NCBI GenBank assembly: GCA_973895155.1 | Contig: OZ316892.1 | Span: forward strand, 14,562,861 to 14,626,860 | Source of the DNA: Marsupella aquatica | Taxonomy: Eukaryota > Plantae > Marchantiophyta | DNA length: 64,000 nt | Direction: 5' to 3' | Shown here: positions 36,376 to 49,640 of the stretch, piece after piece | Layout: every line of letters begins with the position of its first letter | Position numbering within the stretch: position 1 is the first letter of the stretch | Notes under the pieces: generated by a model | Database searches by the model: none | Told to the model about the DNA's origin: nothing | Seen by the model: only the letters and a program-made list of their open reading frames with translations | Made by a program: the position numbers and the translations under genes

Positions 36376-39025
36376 TCAATCTCTTTTCACCCTATTGGCT
36401 CCAAATAAGCTCAGGAAATACCTAAAGAGTGAGACGATCCACCGGTAGACAATTAAGTACCACGGAACCTTCTTGGGTGGAGGAGGGGGTTGAGGAAACA
36501 AGCCCTTGTAAAGTTCCTTTTGCTTTAGGTAGAGCTGTCGGTCTTCTTCCGCAATTTTGCGCAACTCACGAACCACAGCCTTGTCCCCTGGTGCTAATTT
36601 TGTCACCGCCTCGAAGTCCGCTTTTGCAGCCTCTGTTTGGCCAAGAGCTAATCGTGCTTTCCCTCGTCTATAGAGTGCTTTAGTGTTGTTTTTATCCTCT
36701 GCCAAAACCTGCACAAAAGACTTCCATTCAGCCTCCAGCATTGCATCACTCTAAGGCTGCTCGTTAACGAAATTGACGAAGCGACAATATCACAGGAGCA
36801 TGAGTAGTACACACGGGAAGTGGCATATCATCTTTACTACAACTCTGGGTTCGAGAGTATTGATGGACACTTACGATAGTGCAGTGGCCAATTGCCTCAT
36901 TGTACTTCTCTAACTTAAGTAAGCTTGCAGCCATATTCAAATGGCAAGGGGTCTTCACAGAATCCGCCATGTCCTTGTACTTGCCGTACAGTTGGAACAT
37001 GAAGTCATCTCCCATGTATGCTAGAGCCTGCATGGCATAAAAAAACAAAAACTTCAATATAAGATATGTCCAATTTTCCTGCATGGGCTGTTTTGAAAAA
37101 GCAGATGAGATCATGCGAGCCAGGAGTTCTTCCAGCTTAGCTAGATCAATGCGAGTCATTCCAAGATGGCGTTGCCCGTAAGTGGGACGTAAGGAATCCT
37201 AGTCGCAACACACTAACTCTCAGTAAATAGCCATGTCATCAACATCCAGACAATAACTAAGTGATCATGTACATCTACCAAATTCATGACATGTCAAAAA
37301 CACTCAAGAATAGAAAAACATATCGGGTAGAACTTTCCCAACACATACCATTTCATATTGTTGAACAGCCTCCTGCACTTTATCTTCCTTATAAAGTTCA
37401 TTACCATCCACCCTTCTGCGGTCTGCTGCCTCGATCCGCTCCTCTACTGTCATCTCACCACGTGCCCGTCCCTGTCACACTCAATTCAATCAGTCACCCG
37501 GTTTGGCCAGTTCCCTTGTGCCTTGTGGGTTGGTGTGGGAGCGCCTTCTAAGGAAATAAAGGAAGTCTTCAACAAAACCATTTCTTGACAGAGCATGCTT
37601 TCAGGGACTCCAGCTGGGGTCAGCATATACTACCAAGGACCTAACAAAAGACGACAACTCATTGGTATCTGGTGAGTTCTTCAAAGGACATTTATCAGGC
37701 TTACTTCTCTTGCTGCTTCAAATCCAATGAGCTCCACTTCATATATCACATCCGCCCGGGGAGGAACATTTGGGAAGGAAAAGTTCCCCTCCTCTCCATA
37801 TGCCAACTTATAACCAACATGAAAGAGGGAATGTTCACCAGCTTTCATGCTTGCAACCGCAATGGCAAGTCCTCGCATAACTGGTTTCTCTGTAATTTTA
37901 AGAACAATGAATATTTAGATACCCAGTAATAAATCTATAGTTCTTTCCTACTAGTCTGTTAGTTGCAACACGTTCCTGGAAGTGTTTCAACACGCATACT
38001 GTAGCTTATTCCTTGGGAGCAGCCATAAACACCCACATGAGAATGACCTTCTAAAATTTCTCTGGACCGACAGACTGTTCCTATCGACAGGAGAAAATTT
38101 CAACCCGGTCCAGCTGGTAGCCTCGTAACTTTCTTCCATTCTTTGATCTCTCATTCCAGCTCGCACAACCCACAAGGACTCCATGTTAAGGAGTGTGCTC
38201 AAAATGTTTCTTACTCGTGGATATGCCCAACAGAAATGATCGTTAAATCAGACCCACAAGCCTGACGCTCACGGTGACGGACTCAGCGTAAGGATAGGTT
38301 CTCATTTGCTATCAACAAAATCACTTTTCAAGAAATAAGTCGAAATCCGAGCTTACCGTGTCCAAGAAGAAGCTCGGTGGGTGCTCCCTCTTGCCAGGTA
38401 TCCTCAAATTTATGCATTGTGGTCGCAGACCATCCTCTGTAATGCACTGCACGACAGGGGAATCACGACGGAGGTGAATCTGCATCTTATCGAGGGTCCA
38501 ACATCATCTTCAGGGAGCTAAACTATCCCTCAACAGCGATACTGCCCCAGTCATGAAGAAAATAACGCACTCGAAAACTGAAGGTAGATTTTCCCTGGAA
38601 TATATGCCAATGAACGGACATTGCAAGGAATTGCGGATCTTACAAAAGCATGTCGAATGCCGAGAAGGGGAATTCTCTCCTCTTCCTTCCTTGATGAGCT
38701 GCTTGGTAACTCCTTCGGCTAAAGCAACCTTCTCTGAAGTAACTTTGGGAGGAAACTTGTCATCTCCTTCCATTACTTCTGTATGGACACTCGTTCCTGT
38801 TGACTCCACCTTCACCTCCTCGACGTCCGAACTCTCCAATGTCTTCTCCTCTACTCCTTCCTGCTGTGCTCCTCCCCCTGATGCTGTCTTCACTTGAGGT
38901 TCCTCGATCTGCTCTTCTTGCCCAGGAAGAGCTCCTTTAACCTCATTGTCCACATTCTCTTGTAGAACCACCGCCCCCGTCTCCTCATGTTTCGTCGCTT
39001 CTCCATTCTTTCGCTCCGACGCCAT
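36376..39025 (-). CDS. FKBP42: FKBP42 / TWISTED DWARF1-like immunophilin (FKBP + TPR + C-terminal membrane anchor)
   Basis: Exons: 39025-38644, 38446-38357, 37889-37705, 37471-37349, 37027-36875, 36708-36376. Motifs: STCFLHYRGW, HKFEDTWQE, YGEEGNFSFPNVPP, ARGEMTVEERI, AYMGDDFMFQLYGKY, KALYRRGKAR, and a C-terminal amphipathic/hydrophobic anchor. Confidence 0.95.
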
Positions 39026-39495
39026 TTTTTAGTTGAATTATAAAATAGTCAGCCCTAAACTCTGTTAAACATTTCCATACGAGTGGGTGTTGGTTTCGAT
39101 GACCTGTCTTTCAGTTTCCGCTCCACTTCCTTTTCTCTAATTTCCAATAGAAATTCAATATGATCTTGAAAACTTTGCCTGAAACTATTCTGTTCTCAAA
39201 ATTGAAATTGAAAAAAAAAAAAGCGAACTGCAGCAACTCGCACAAGCAGGCTCCTGACATGGTGTTTCACGTCTGTAGGCGTCCTAGATATAATGAACAT
39301 CAAACTAGGTTTTGAAGTGAATCATATGACAGATCGAAATGAAGAAGTCGGCAATTCCATCTCGGAATCAAAACTAGTCTCTGATGCGATAACTTCGTCC
39401 AGAATTACCCTCACAATTTTGCAAATTAAAGGTGCGATACTCCTAGTACGTCCGGGGCCAAATTCGGATAAAGCACAAGTCTTTGCCGGCGGCGA

Positions 39496-39814
39496 ATGGG
39501 CCGTGCCTCGAATACGTCAAACTACTGTGCTCGCAGTACGTTTGGAGCCAAAATTTGGAGAAAGCTCGAGTCTCTGCTGGAACCGAACGAGCCGGATCTC
39601 GACCATCTGGACGTGACCGCTGAGAAAGGTCACCATGCTACAAAGGCGTGCGATTCAACGTCGAAAAGGCAAGAGAGAAGGAACGAAGCAAATCTACAGC
39701 AGGTGGTCCATTTCTGAATTTAGGGTGAAGCTGGAGCACTGCCCGTGCTTTGTTTACGCCAAGCTCAGCTTTGCTTCTCGCCAGTATGTCGACAGCTCCT
39801 TCAGTTGTGCTTAG
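39496..39814 (+). pseudogene. Possible degenerate BolA-like sequence (frameshifted)
   Basis: IWRKLESLLEP..DHLDVTAEKGHH...NLQQVV, then after a frame change ISEFRVKLEHCPCFVYAKL. This loosely follows the BolA layout I..KL...L.P..L.V....GH...F...VS..F.G......VY..L. Similarity was judged by eye only. Confidence 0.3.
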
Positions 39815-40439
39815 CATTCTCCCGTGCATTCCTTCGAGCCCTTTCTTACCGACATAGCTCTCTAAGCACGTCGGTAAGAGAAATTTCATTTTGTATTATT
39901 TTGTGCTGTGGCTTGTTCGGTAAGCTCGTACGTAATGTACAGGAGTAGGTAACAAACAGGTACCGAGTAGGTAACAACGAAGACTTTACTTTTAGAGTCC
40001 TTAGTGCATCTCAAAAGGTTTTCCTTGGACTTAATCACACATCAAAATGTGACAATATATGGTGCGCACTCATTGATTCAAAGAAAATAACTACACTAGG
40101 TTTGTCATGGTATGGAGTGATGTAATACACATTGAGATGTGCAGCTACCAAGACCCGTTTTCCTTGCAGATAATCACACATCAAAGGGTTTTGGCCATAA
40201 AGAAATGGTGGTAAGTTTTTTGAGTCTTTTATTAGAGCCTCTCAAAGCTTCAAATTTGATTTTGATATACCTTACCTCAGTAGTTAAGACTATGGGCAGA
40301 TAAACTTATGGACTACTAAATTCATAATACATAACTATTTGTCATCACAATTGGTCATATGCAATGACCATAAATCACAATAGAGGCTAGTGAAAACAAA
40401 AACAACTAAGGACTCTAAAAGGTTGGGTAGTTACTGAAA

Positions 40440-41450
40440 GTTCAGGATTTGTGGTCCATCATGTAACTCTGGTTATGAGACCCAGGTAAGGAATTTTTTA
40501 AATGGGGGGATGTAGTATTGACCCACCATATAAGTCAGGAGTTATGGCCTCACTCTGTTACATAGCATATATCAAATTTTTGTCATATTGGATCAGCCAC
40601 CACCTCAAATGCATTAGCTATCACCACGTCAGGGACAAAGCCCACATGCCTTCAGTCACGGATTTTTGGCATTCAGGAGTCCTGGATTTCCAGATTTCTG
40701 GATGTACCTAAAGTTGCGGGAAATTTATGGGATTAAGTGTTGAGCCTGCGGGCCTTCCTTACGGAAACCGAATGTCGGCTTCCATAACTTTTATGGGAGT
40801 TTCCATGATACTTGAGTTACAAGAGGGCCTTATCTTGTTAATTTTGGGCTTTGAAACATCCTATTGCATCTCAAAACGTCATGGGTTTTGGCCATAAGAA
40901 ATGGTGATAACCTTTTCGACAGTATTATTTATGTACATAGTAAAGTTTTGGGGCATTATGAAGGGATATAAAGCCCTGAAAATATGAGAGCTTCAACTCA
41001 AGTTTTGAGGGGCTCTTATTGCCCATTATGCTCCAGGAACAGAACCTTACCACACTTGAAAGCCTGCAAGATTTTTTCAACTTAAGTAAAAGTGGACAGA
41101 ATCTTCATGAAGACGTGATCCAGATCTTGACGAGGGCATTATGCTCCCAGAATGCCCTGAAAATATACAAAGGAAAAGAGCACAAAGGGCATTCAGTATA
41201 TAGGGGGTGTCTCAAAGCTGGGCCATGGCTATAACTTATAGATTTATGGCCCATCCTGGAACTCTGTTCAAGAGACCCAATTAAGGAATTTGAAAAATGG
41301 AGGGCGGTAATATTGACCTGCCCATAAGGCAGGAGTTACGGGCTCACCTTAGTCTCATAACATATGTCCTTTTTCCTTCATCCTTTTTGGTCAGCCATCA
41401 GCTCGAATGTAGCAGCCATCAGCACATAGGCGCAAAGGTAAACATAGTAC
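40440..41450 (+). repeat. Cluster of dispersed-repeat fragments (family D twice, family A fragment at ~40950-41065)
   Basis: 40440-40650 and 41230-41450 are similar to each other; 40950-41065 resembles the 5' part of family A. Confidence 0.6.
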
Positions 41451-42469
41451 AAATGACCTCAGTTTTAGTGAGCAGTACTACTTCTGAATAAGGGGGCAAC
41501 GATTAAAAAAAAGGTGATGTCTATCCCACTGTGGGGTAGCAGTGGTTGGGTCTTTGGATGATTGTGGAGTAGAAAATAAGGAGACAACGATAATTCTTTC
41601 AGTATTCCTACGACCAAATGGCTCAAACTCACTATTGTTTTATAGGGGAACAGAACTGGCAGTGAAAACCAAAGGGAAACCACAAGAACACCACCAAGGG
41701 CCAGACACGAAGCAGGACCAGAGCCACAGCACCTCCTGAAACCAAAGAAAGAACCCTACCCCAAGAGCTTTCTCATATCATCCATTGTTTACAGAGTACC
41801 ACTTCAAGTGCAAATTTTCTAAGGTCCAGGGTGTGTTATAAGTGGCTTGAGCTTATCTAAGCTGCCACACACAAGCTTATCTATAATTAAAGGTCTAGGT
41901 ATTGTCTACAATATAGATACCATATGCGAGAGCTGAGGTCCTCGCCATATAGCATGCTCATCCTGGAACATGCTTTACTTTTTGTCTGGTAGTGATATTA
42001 AGTGGACAAAATTAGAGAATAAGACTAGAATACATATTAAATGTGAATGAGATCAAATAATATAAATAAAGCACATGCAATAAAAGCACATAGTGACCAA
42101 TGGAAAGTAAAATTTTATGACACAAAGATGCTACTAGTTGTGCACGTATTTCAGTGTGTCTTACTAATGACTCTTATTTCAATAAAAACCATAAACTTAG
42201 GAAAGAAAGTGACAAGGGGAGCTTAAGACAGGATGTGCTGACATTACTTAGAATCATTCCTCTCACTCATGAGTATACTTAAAACAGGTAGAAAATGAAG
42301 CTCGAAAATGAAACCCTTAGTTTCTCTCTAGGACTTATTGAAGTTTAAAAATTAAGGGGGCTACCAAAATAAATTCAAAATACTATAGGATACCAAAAAT
42401 TTAAAGGGGTCCAAAAATGAATTAAAAGTGTATGTGATACAAAGGATGCCCCTTGTTAAGGTACATTCA

Positions 42470-42707
42470 AATAAAAATTCATGATACACAAATATGAATA
42501 AGACAAAACATGAGAGTTGGATTCACCATATAGCAGCTTCAAAATTGTGGTCCTGGCCAATAGAGAAAATACTCCGTGTAATAAAAATTCATGGTACACA
42601 AATATGAATAAGACAAAACATGAGTGAATAAGACAAAACATGAGTTGGATTCACCATATAGCAGCTTCAAAATTGTGGTCCTCGCCAGTAGAGAAAATCC
42701 TCCGTGT
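42470..42707. repeat. Tandem duplication, 2 x ~110 bp, with a nested ~19-bp duplication
   Basis: AATAAAAATTCATG.TACACAAATATGAATAAGACAAAACATGAG...AGAGAAAAT.CTCCGTGT at 42470 and 42580. Confidence 0.9.
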
Positions 42708-42732
42708 GTGTGTGTATGCAGGGCACGAAAAG

Positions 42733-42950
42733 TGCTCTCTTGTCCCTACATTGTTTTTCTTCTTAGTGGCTTAGTCTTGTCCCTGCATTGTCGTTTCTTC
42801 TTAGTGGCTGTGGTTGATGTTGGAATGGCTTTTTTGTAGCCAAAGAACTAGCAAGAGTTAGCAGGAGAAGGGGAAGTACAAATAGAACAGGGACGCCATT
42901 CCAATCCAGCACAGCCACTAAGAAGAAGAGACAATGTGGAACAAGAGAGC
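42733..42950. repeat. Inverted repeat (hairpin), ~55-bp arms and ~65-bp loop, with part of the left arm duplicated
   Basis: TCTTGTCCCTGCATTGTCGTTTCTTCTTAGTGGCTGTGGTTGATGTTGGAATGGC (42775-42829) pairs with GCCATTCCAATCCAGCACAGCCACTAAGAAGAAGAGACAATGTGGAACAAGA (42895-42946). Confidence 0.85.
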
Positions 42951-43997
42951 TGATGGTTTTGAGTGCAAGGGCGTTTCGATTCAGCTGTGCTTGCCCACAA
43001 CGTGACCAGTGGGGCTCTATTTTGTGCTGCAAGGTGATGCCTCCCTGATAACTATGGAAGAAGGCCAAGGGATTCATCAGAACAAAATACTCCACAACCA
43101 AACCAGCTGAAAAGTAGATCACGTGAGATCAAAACTAACCAAACTAGTCCCTGTTTATCGGATTTCTGGAACTCCCCTTAGGAATATGGACGACATTCGT
43201 TTCTGTAAAAACGGGTCTGACGAGTCTTTCTTGCACAGCAGTCTTGACTTAGAACCCAAATCCAAGAGCCTCCCTTGACTATGACACAAATTTCTTCTGC
43301 TAATTTGTCGATACATGAGACTCACAGGTGAGACCACTCAGCAGTCATCCGCCACAGGATAGGAATCCACCAACCATCACTACTAAGAAGTCTCGAAAAA
43401 CGACCGCCACCATTGAGGAGGACATGGTACAGCCAAGAAGCGACAAACAAGAGGTATGGCGCCTCTATGGACCCTTTCACTACAAACTCCTCGCGAAAGT
43501 ACACATTAAATTACATGTGTCTCCATGATCTGAAACTTCACATGAGCATTTAAAACAAACTCTTCACGAAAGTACACAAATCTCTCTAAATTATATGGAC
43601 GATGGACCCAAGTCGCATGCAGTTTTCTCCGCACTCGAGCGACTTGCCTATGTGCGTACTTAAGACCAAAACTTACCTTCCAGTAGTGTAATCAACCAAC
43701 CAGAAGATAACACTCTGGTCTGTGATGAGAAATGACAAGAGATTCATTTACAGATGTTTTATAAAATGGAAGTTGAGATAGGTAAGTAAAGGCCCCACAG
43801 ATGGCAGCCGGTCATTGCCCTGACATACAAATAGGCCCAGCAATTGCTAGACTCCCTTCTTGATGAATACAAAAATGGTGTAACAGAGCGGATCCTTGAA
43901 AGTACTAGAGTTTGGAGACGTGTTTGCCTTTTCTGACAACTACCTTTGTTACCTACTAATTTACAAACCAGCAAAATCAATAACCTGACGCAAAGAC

Positions 43998-46900
43998 TCA
44001 CCGCGCAAGAAGTCCTTTTCTCTGCACATTTCGTGTTAGGTCAAAAAGCGCCTCTTCAACCAGATCCTTAAAGATCATCTTTTCTAGTTCCAAACCTATG
44101 TCTTCTACCTCCTCGGTAAACTCAATCCACGAATTTATTGGTAGTATAAGGTCTTTCTGGAGTACAAGACTGTCACAAGTGTAATCACAAGGCCTTTCTG
44201 GTGGGAGGGACTTTAGCTCATCCCACACCTGCTGCACAAGCAGTTGTCCTGTTGGCCTTTTCCTCAACGGTTTTACCTGCAAGCTGTGCATCCAAGGTTG
44301 ACCATTTGCAAACGGGACCAGCACTGTTGTCAAGGCGTCATTCACACAATCAAAGAGCATACGCCGGTCCATGATTTGTCTTTCCCTTTCCTCGTCGCAC
44401 TTCTCCAAGTCATGCTCTGCCTCATCTTTCTGGTCCAGACCGTAATCAGCAGATCCTTGCTTCTCTTCTAAGTAGTCAAACACAGTGTTGTCAATCATGC
44501 CACCGGCTGGATTTATCGCCTTTAACCCCATAGTAGCACCAGACACCACTAGCACATCCCGAACATAAACCTTCTCTGCCTGACTTTGCAGTATCAAAGA
44601 CTCCAATTCACCCTGCGGAGGAAGTATCTTTGCAGATTCTCTTAGAAACATGAGTTGCTCAGAACATTCATCGACAGAGCTCCGATCATCTGCAAGATAC
44701 ACATTATGCCTCCAATCTTGCAACGCTGTATCTGCTTGCTGCACAATGTGATGATCATCTCCTAGTTTTTCACCGCAGTGATCTGAACATTCCAAAGTCA
44801 ACATGAAATAAAACATCAAAACGTGGTTCATAAGCATCCTTCCTCCAAAAAAGCTAGTTTAAACCATTACTACAAATTTAAACCACCCTACATACCCTTC
44901 CAATCTAAACCAAGTGGTGAGTCTAAAGGCCAAAAGAGTTGGCACAAACAACAAAGACACTTCCACCGATAGCAACAGTGCTGTAAATTGCACAGCTTCA
45001 ACGTGTTACAGAGAGGACTACTCGCGTGGTAAATAAGCTCAAGCGCAATATTTCGGATCTTGCATTCTACTTTGGTAATCAGTTTTGAGAAATCAACTTT
45101 GCAAAATCTGGAATGTCGAAGGACGGTGAAAAATGTAGGAGAAGGATCCAATCCCGTGCAATGTTGCACTCATATTTGTAACCAGCTGACAGAGTCCTCA
45201 CCTTGCATCCCATCCACAGGTTTGCTCAAAGCTAACGGGGAAACATCTTCCTCGTGAAATGAAGCTGTATCAAGAACTGAAACAGGGCTTGGTTGCGCTT
45301 GTTCTGCAGGAACATCGATTATTTCTGCTTGTACATTGCTCTCCTGATTTGCAAACATCTTCTTCACCAAAATTCCAGCTCGCGGGGTTCTCACTCCTTG
45401 ACCGTCCCGATCAAGTTCACCCATACCAAGCTGGACAAAGAAACACAAACCTTTGTTACCATGCTGTCCCACGAACAGATAAAACTAGGTGCAATCGACA
45501 TAATTTCAACGGTGTATCGTTCAATTCAACACTGAACTCTTACATCTTTGGCTATACTCAGAAGAAATCAGTTGTCCAAAAAATCTACCGGCCTCGTCGA
45601 CAGATTATGACAATGTCGTCTTACCTCGGTGCTTTGAAGCCTGTTCGTAAGACCAACCAGCGGGATCCGGACATTACTCTGATCAAGTGCATCCCCATCC
45701 GTTACTCGGACATGATCTAAGGTGCCACCACCCTGGTCCTCATTCTTCCTCCCATGGTCTGAAGCATTCCTTAACGAGCCTTTGGGTGTGGTGGGTGAAG
45801 TAGATGATGTCTTCTCCTTTGTTTTCTCACCAGCGCCAACTTTTGACACTCCATTGACGACTACTTTTTTGGATACTGCAGTGGTGGTCATGGCTGTCCG
45901 TGTTTCAGGCTCTGGTAAGGTTACTCGTTTCCCCGTTGAAGATTTATTGCGGAGAATGATCACTTCTCCAGATCCTGGAGCTTTGTTGTTCCCATCCCTC
46001 TCGTTAGAGGTTGATAATTTCCCCTCCGAAGGACCCCTGCGGTACTTCTGCTCTTTCTGCGGTTGTTGTTGTTGTTGCTGTTGTTGTTTCTGTTGCTCTG
46101 TTTCCAGCACAGCTGCATGTGGCTTCTTCAACCCTGCAAAGTCTTTACCAGGCTGTAATCTTGAGGAGACAGGAGGAGCTGATTTGGGGGTTTCTTCTTT
46201 GGATGCAGTGGACCTCGCTGACCTTCTTCCACCTTCACCGACCTTACTGACTTTGACATGCCTCAAACCTTCGGGCGTTTCTTTGATTACCGAGGAAGAG
46301 CGAGGTTTCGCTGTGGACTGTGGAAGAGTTATTAATTTGGGTGATCTCGGAGTGCAAGGCTCTGACTGGACGTCGCGTGCTCCAGATCTTGCCAAAATCC
46401 TCTCCCGTCGCAATTTGAAAGCTGTTGCACCCTCCTCAGGTACGTACCGGCCAGTGGATTCTCGACCAAATCCAACCCCTTGCGGAGATTTCAGAGGTAC
46501 AGTTTTCACTGGACTACCCCATGGACTCGCTCTTCCTCCGGTCTCTCTCCCTCTCAGAGGAGATCTTGCACTGGGCATACTCTCAAGAATCAGGGCAGGA
46601 TTTTGAGTCCTGGCGGTTTTCTTTGCTGGCTTCACAATCGGTTTCATAACCACAATCGATTGTTGTTGTTCATCTGTAGTCCTCACTGGTTTGGAAGAGA
46701 ACGGTTGGGGTTGCCGTGTGGGCCTCACGCTGTCTTCAGCCAAAGTACCGAAAACCTGCTCATGTAGAGATCCTAGTTTCCTCAGCTCTTGGATGTGCTT
46801 CACTTTGAAGGCGGGAGGAGCTTCTGGGCTGCACTCCTGCTGCAGCTTTGGTAACATTATATGCTTCGGAGTGTATAGGTGCCTTGAATCTTGTTGCTGT

Positions 46901-49111
46901 CGAACCTCTTCTTCTTCTTGTCTTGCGTCCTCCTCCGTATAACCATCTTTGGGACGTGACGCACCATTCAGCAAGCCCTTTGACTGCATAGCCTCCAATA
47001 TCTGCCTCAAGCTTTTGTGCTCCTGCAAGATAGTCACGTAAAATGTCAAACATGATTATTAGATCTAGACTCAGTTCCAGTTAGGCGGCCACTAGGACAC
47101 TAGACATCACAGGTCTCGAACGAGTAATATTTTCGAAAATCTAGCACATTCGCATAAGCGTCACATAGGCGGAACTGAACAGAACCCAAAAATTGCTCTG
47201 CTACTTCTACACGATCCAAAATGGACTATCGGAAATGACCTTAACAAGAGGATAATAGCTTCGCACCCGAACGTTTCAAAGGTGCAATGCATTAACCGAC
47301 TGGACACTCCTACGAGCATATAATTTCCCAAAAGAAGAGGAACCTAGTTGGCCTGCCGAACGCTCTGATTGCGGAGAATCTATTCATACAAATATCAAAT
47401 CCTAAATGCCTTCTTAACAGAGTAGCAAGTTAGATACAGTCCGCCATTACAGCATGAGACCTCATCTGTATGTCCAGTGGACACCAAGCGGCGTGGGAAA
47501 CAATGTGAAGAGGCAGAAGGACGACAATACCTGAAGAGAGCTCCTTAGTCGCAGCTGCCGCAGCCTGGACTCCATTTCTGCGTAGCTCAATGGCATTCTC
47601 TTAGTGTCGTCGGCGTTCTTCAAAACGGTCAACACAGCTTCAGTCAACTGCTTGGGCATGCCGTTGGCCACCTTCTGCCGGAGAGCACCAGCCTCTCTCG
47701 CCTCTAGGTGCTCGTAAGAAGTAGGCATTGTCTCGACCCCAAGTTGCTTTGGAGACAGCTTCAGTTGTCTCGGTGACTCTTGCTGGATGCCATTCCAGAG
47801 GAAAGGGTGATGACGATCATGAGCTCCACTCAAATTTTCAGGCTGAGGCTGCCTCGGTCCAAACATTTGCTTCAACTGCTCGTGGGGTGGGGTCTGATGT
47901 AATTCATGGCATGAATCAGTCGCTGATCTGGGGTCTTCCGTACGAGGATTATACTGTAACAAGCCTTTCAAGAGCTTGGATTCCTTAGAGGAAGGCTTCT
48001 TTTGAGGCAGCATTGTACTCTGTTTAGGCGCAAGAATAGCTGCTTCGTGAGATAGTACCATGGAGGTAGCCATCTGTTGAGGTAGCGAAGGAACATGATG
48101 AGTATGCTTCATGTCATCAGGCAAATCTTCCAAACCCATGAGACGTGCAACCAAGCTCGGCACACGCCTTCGTGGCTCAACATTGGATTGCTGCTGCAGA
48201 TGGCCGCGGTCTTTCCCCTCACTATCGGATCTGAGGCTCTGCGCCTGGTAGTGGGATGATTCTCTGCTGATAGCTTGCAGCAATTCGCGGGGCAGACGAG
48301 GTGATTCCCTTTCATCCACGGAAGCTCGAACTGCGGCAACAGGAGGAGGTCCTCCACGGCCCTCCACGGACAGGCGAGGAGACTCTCTGCTGGCCTTCTG
48401 GACACCTCTCGAGATCGAGTTGGTATAACAATTATTATTAATATCGACCAGTGCTGGAGTGGATCGAAGCACGTCTCTGCCATCACAAGAGTAGCGTGGG
48501 GCGTCCCTGGAAAGACGAGGAGACTCTCGGAGCTCTACCAGAAGCCTACTATCTCCTGTAGAATGGCTTCGAGGGGTTGTTGAAGTCTCTCGTGGTCTGT
48601 TGTTAGAGGATACGCTTCGCAGTGACTCCTTGGAATCAAAGGAAGAGCGGACGGAATCCAGTCTCCCCTCAACGGCTGCGCGCACTGCTTCCTTTATCCT
48701 CATTGACAACCTGGGAGAATCAATCGACGATCTCACTGGCTGTTCAGCTCCTCCCCGTCCGCCATCGACCGAAGACCGAGGCGGGTCTTTGTATCTTGAT
48801 CCACCAAGTCGAGGTGATTCCCTGCTATCCCTGCCATCCACAGACGAACGAGACCTTTCTTTCTGGAACGAAGCTCGCACCACATCCTTAATCTCGATAG
48901 AGGCTCGGGAGGACAGGTCCCGAGCGTCGAAGGAAGCCCTCAGTTGATCAGCGGCCCCACCATTGTGCCTGAGCCCATGATTCATTGCAGCAGCAGCAGA
49001 CGTAGCATCAAATGACATTCGGTTCTGCACACGAGGGCTTTCCATTCTAGAGTCGAAAGACGAACGATGCTGCTGCTGGGCCTGCTGGACTTTCTGAGTG
49101 TAATACTCCAT
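43998..49111 (-). CDS. TON1-recruiting motif (TRM)/LONGIFOLIA-family protein
   Basis: Exons: 49111-47531, 47022-45625, 45430-45202, 44782-43998. Motifs: VPSLVARLMGLEDLP (VARLMGL), SYAEMESRLRQL...SLRQILEAMQSKGLL, SIVVMKP, QPSPVSVLD, and DUF4378-type RRMLFDCVNDAL and EDIGLELEKMIFKDLVEE. A polyQ tract lies at ~46062-46095. The true start is uncertain because an acceptor-like site lies just upstream of ATG 49111. Confidence 0.9.
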
Positions 49112-49296
49112 TGCTAGTGAATTTGATGGAAAACAACAATAAAATTTCCCAATCCAAGATCCTCTACTACCAAATGTAGAACAGAGGAGAATGCCAGGCG
49201 CGAGATGCACCCAGCCAACAATATATGTCGCTCACGGGGATGAGTTGAAGGCTACTGCATCCCCAGAATTCACATTCTTGAGTTCAAGTCTGTCAT

Positions 49297-49640
49297 GTTT
49301 ACTCCGCACTGCTGCACAAATATAGAACACAATGTATACATCAACAACCGCAGCATCACGACTCAGCATCACGATCCGTGGATGCTCAGCACTGAACTTC
49401 GCCAGCATCACGAGGTGTGGATGCTCATCACTGAACTTCGACAGTGCGTTCAGCTCTAGACGACAAGTTTACTCGGACCTGCTGCACAAACATAGAACAC
49501 AATGTATACGTCAACGAGTGCAGCATCACGACGCAGCATCACGATGTGTGGATGGATGCTCAGCACTGAACTTCGCCAGCGTCACGAGGTGTGGATGCTC
49601 GTCACTGAACTTCGCCAGTGCGTTCAGCTCTAGACGAGAA
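49297..49640. repeat. Tandem duplication, 2 x ~170 bp, with internal ~36-bp subrepeats
   Basis: GTTTACTC.G..CTGCTGCACAAA.ATAGAACACAATGTATAC at 49297 and 49467; GTGGATGCTC..CACTGAACTTCG occurs four times. Confidence 0.9.

Noticed and set aside
45722-46606. 294-aa plus-strand ORF with a poly-Cys run
   Set aside because: Antisense shadow of the TRM exon; the poly-Cys is the reverse of the polyQ codons.
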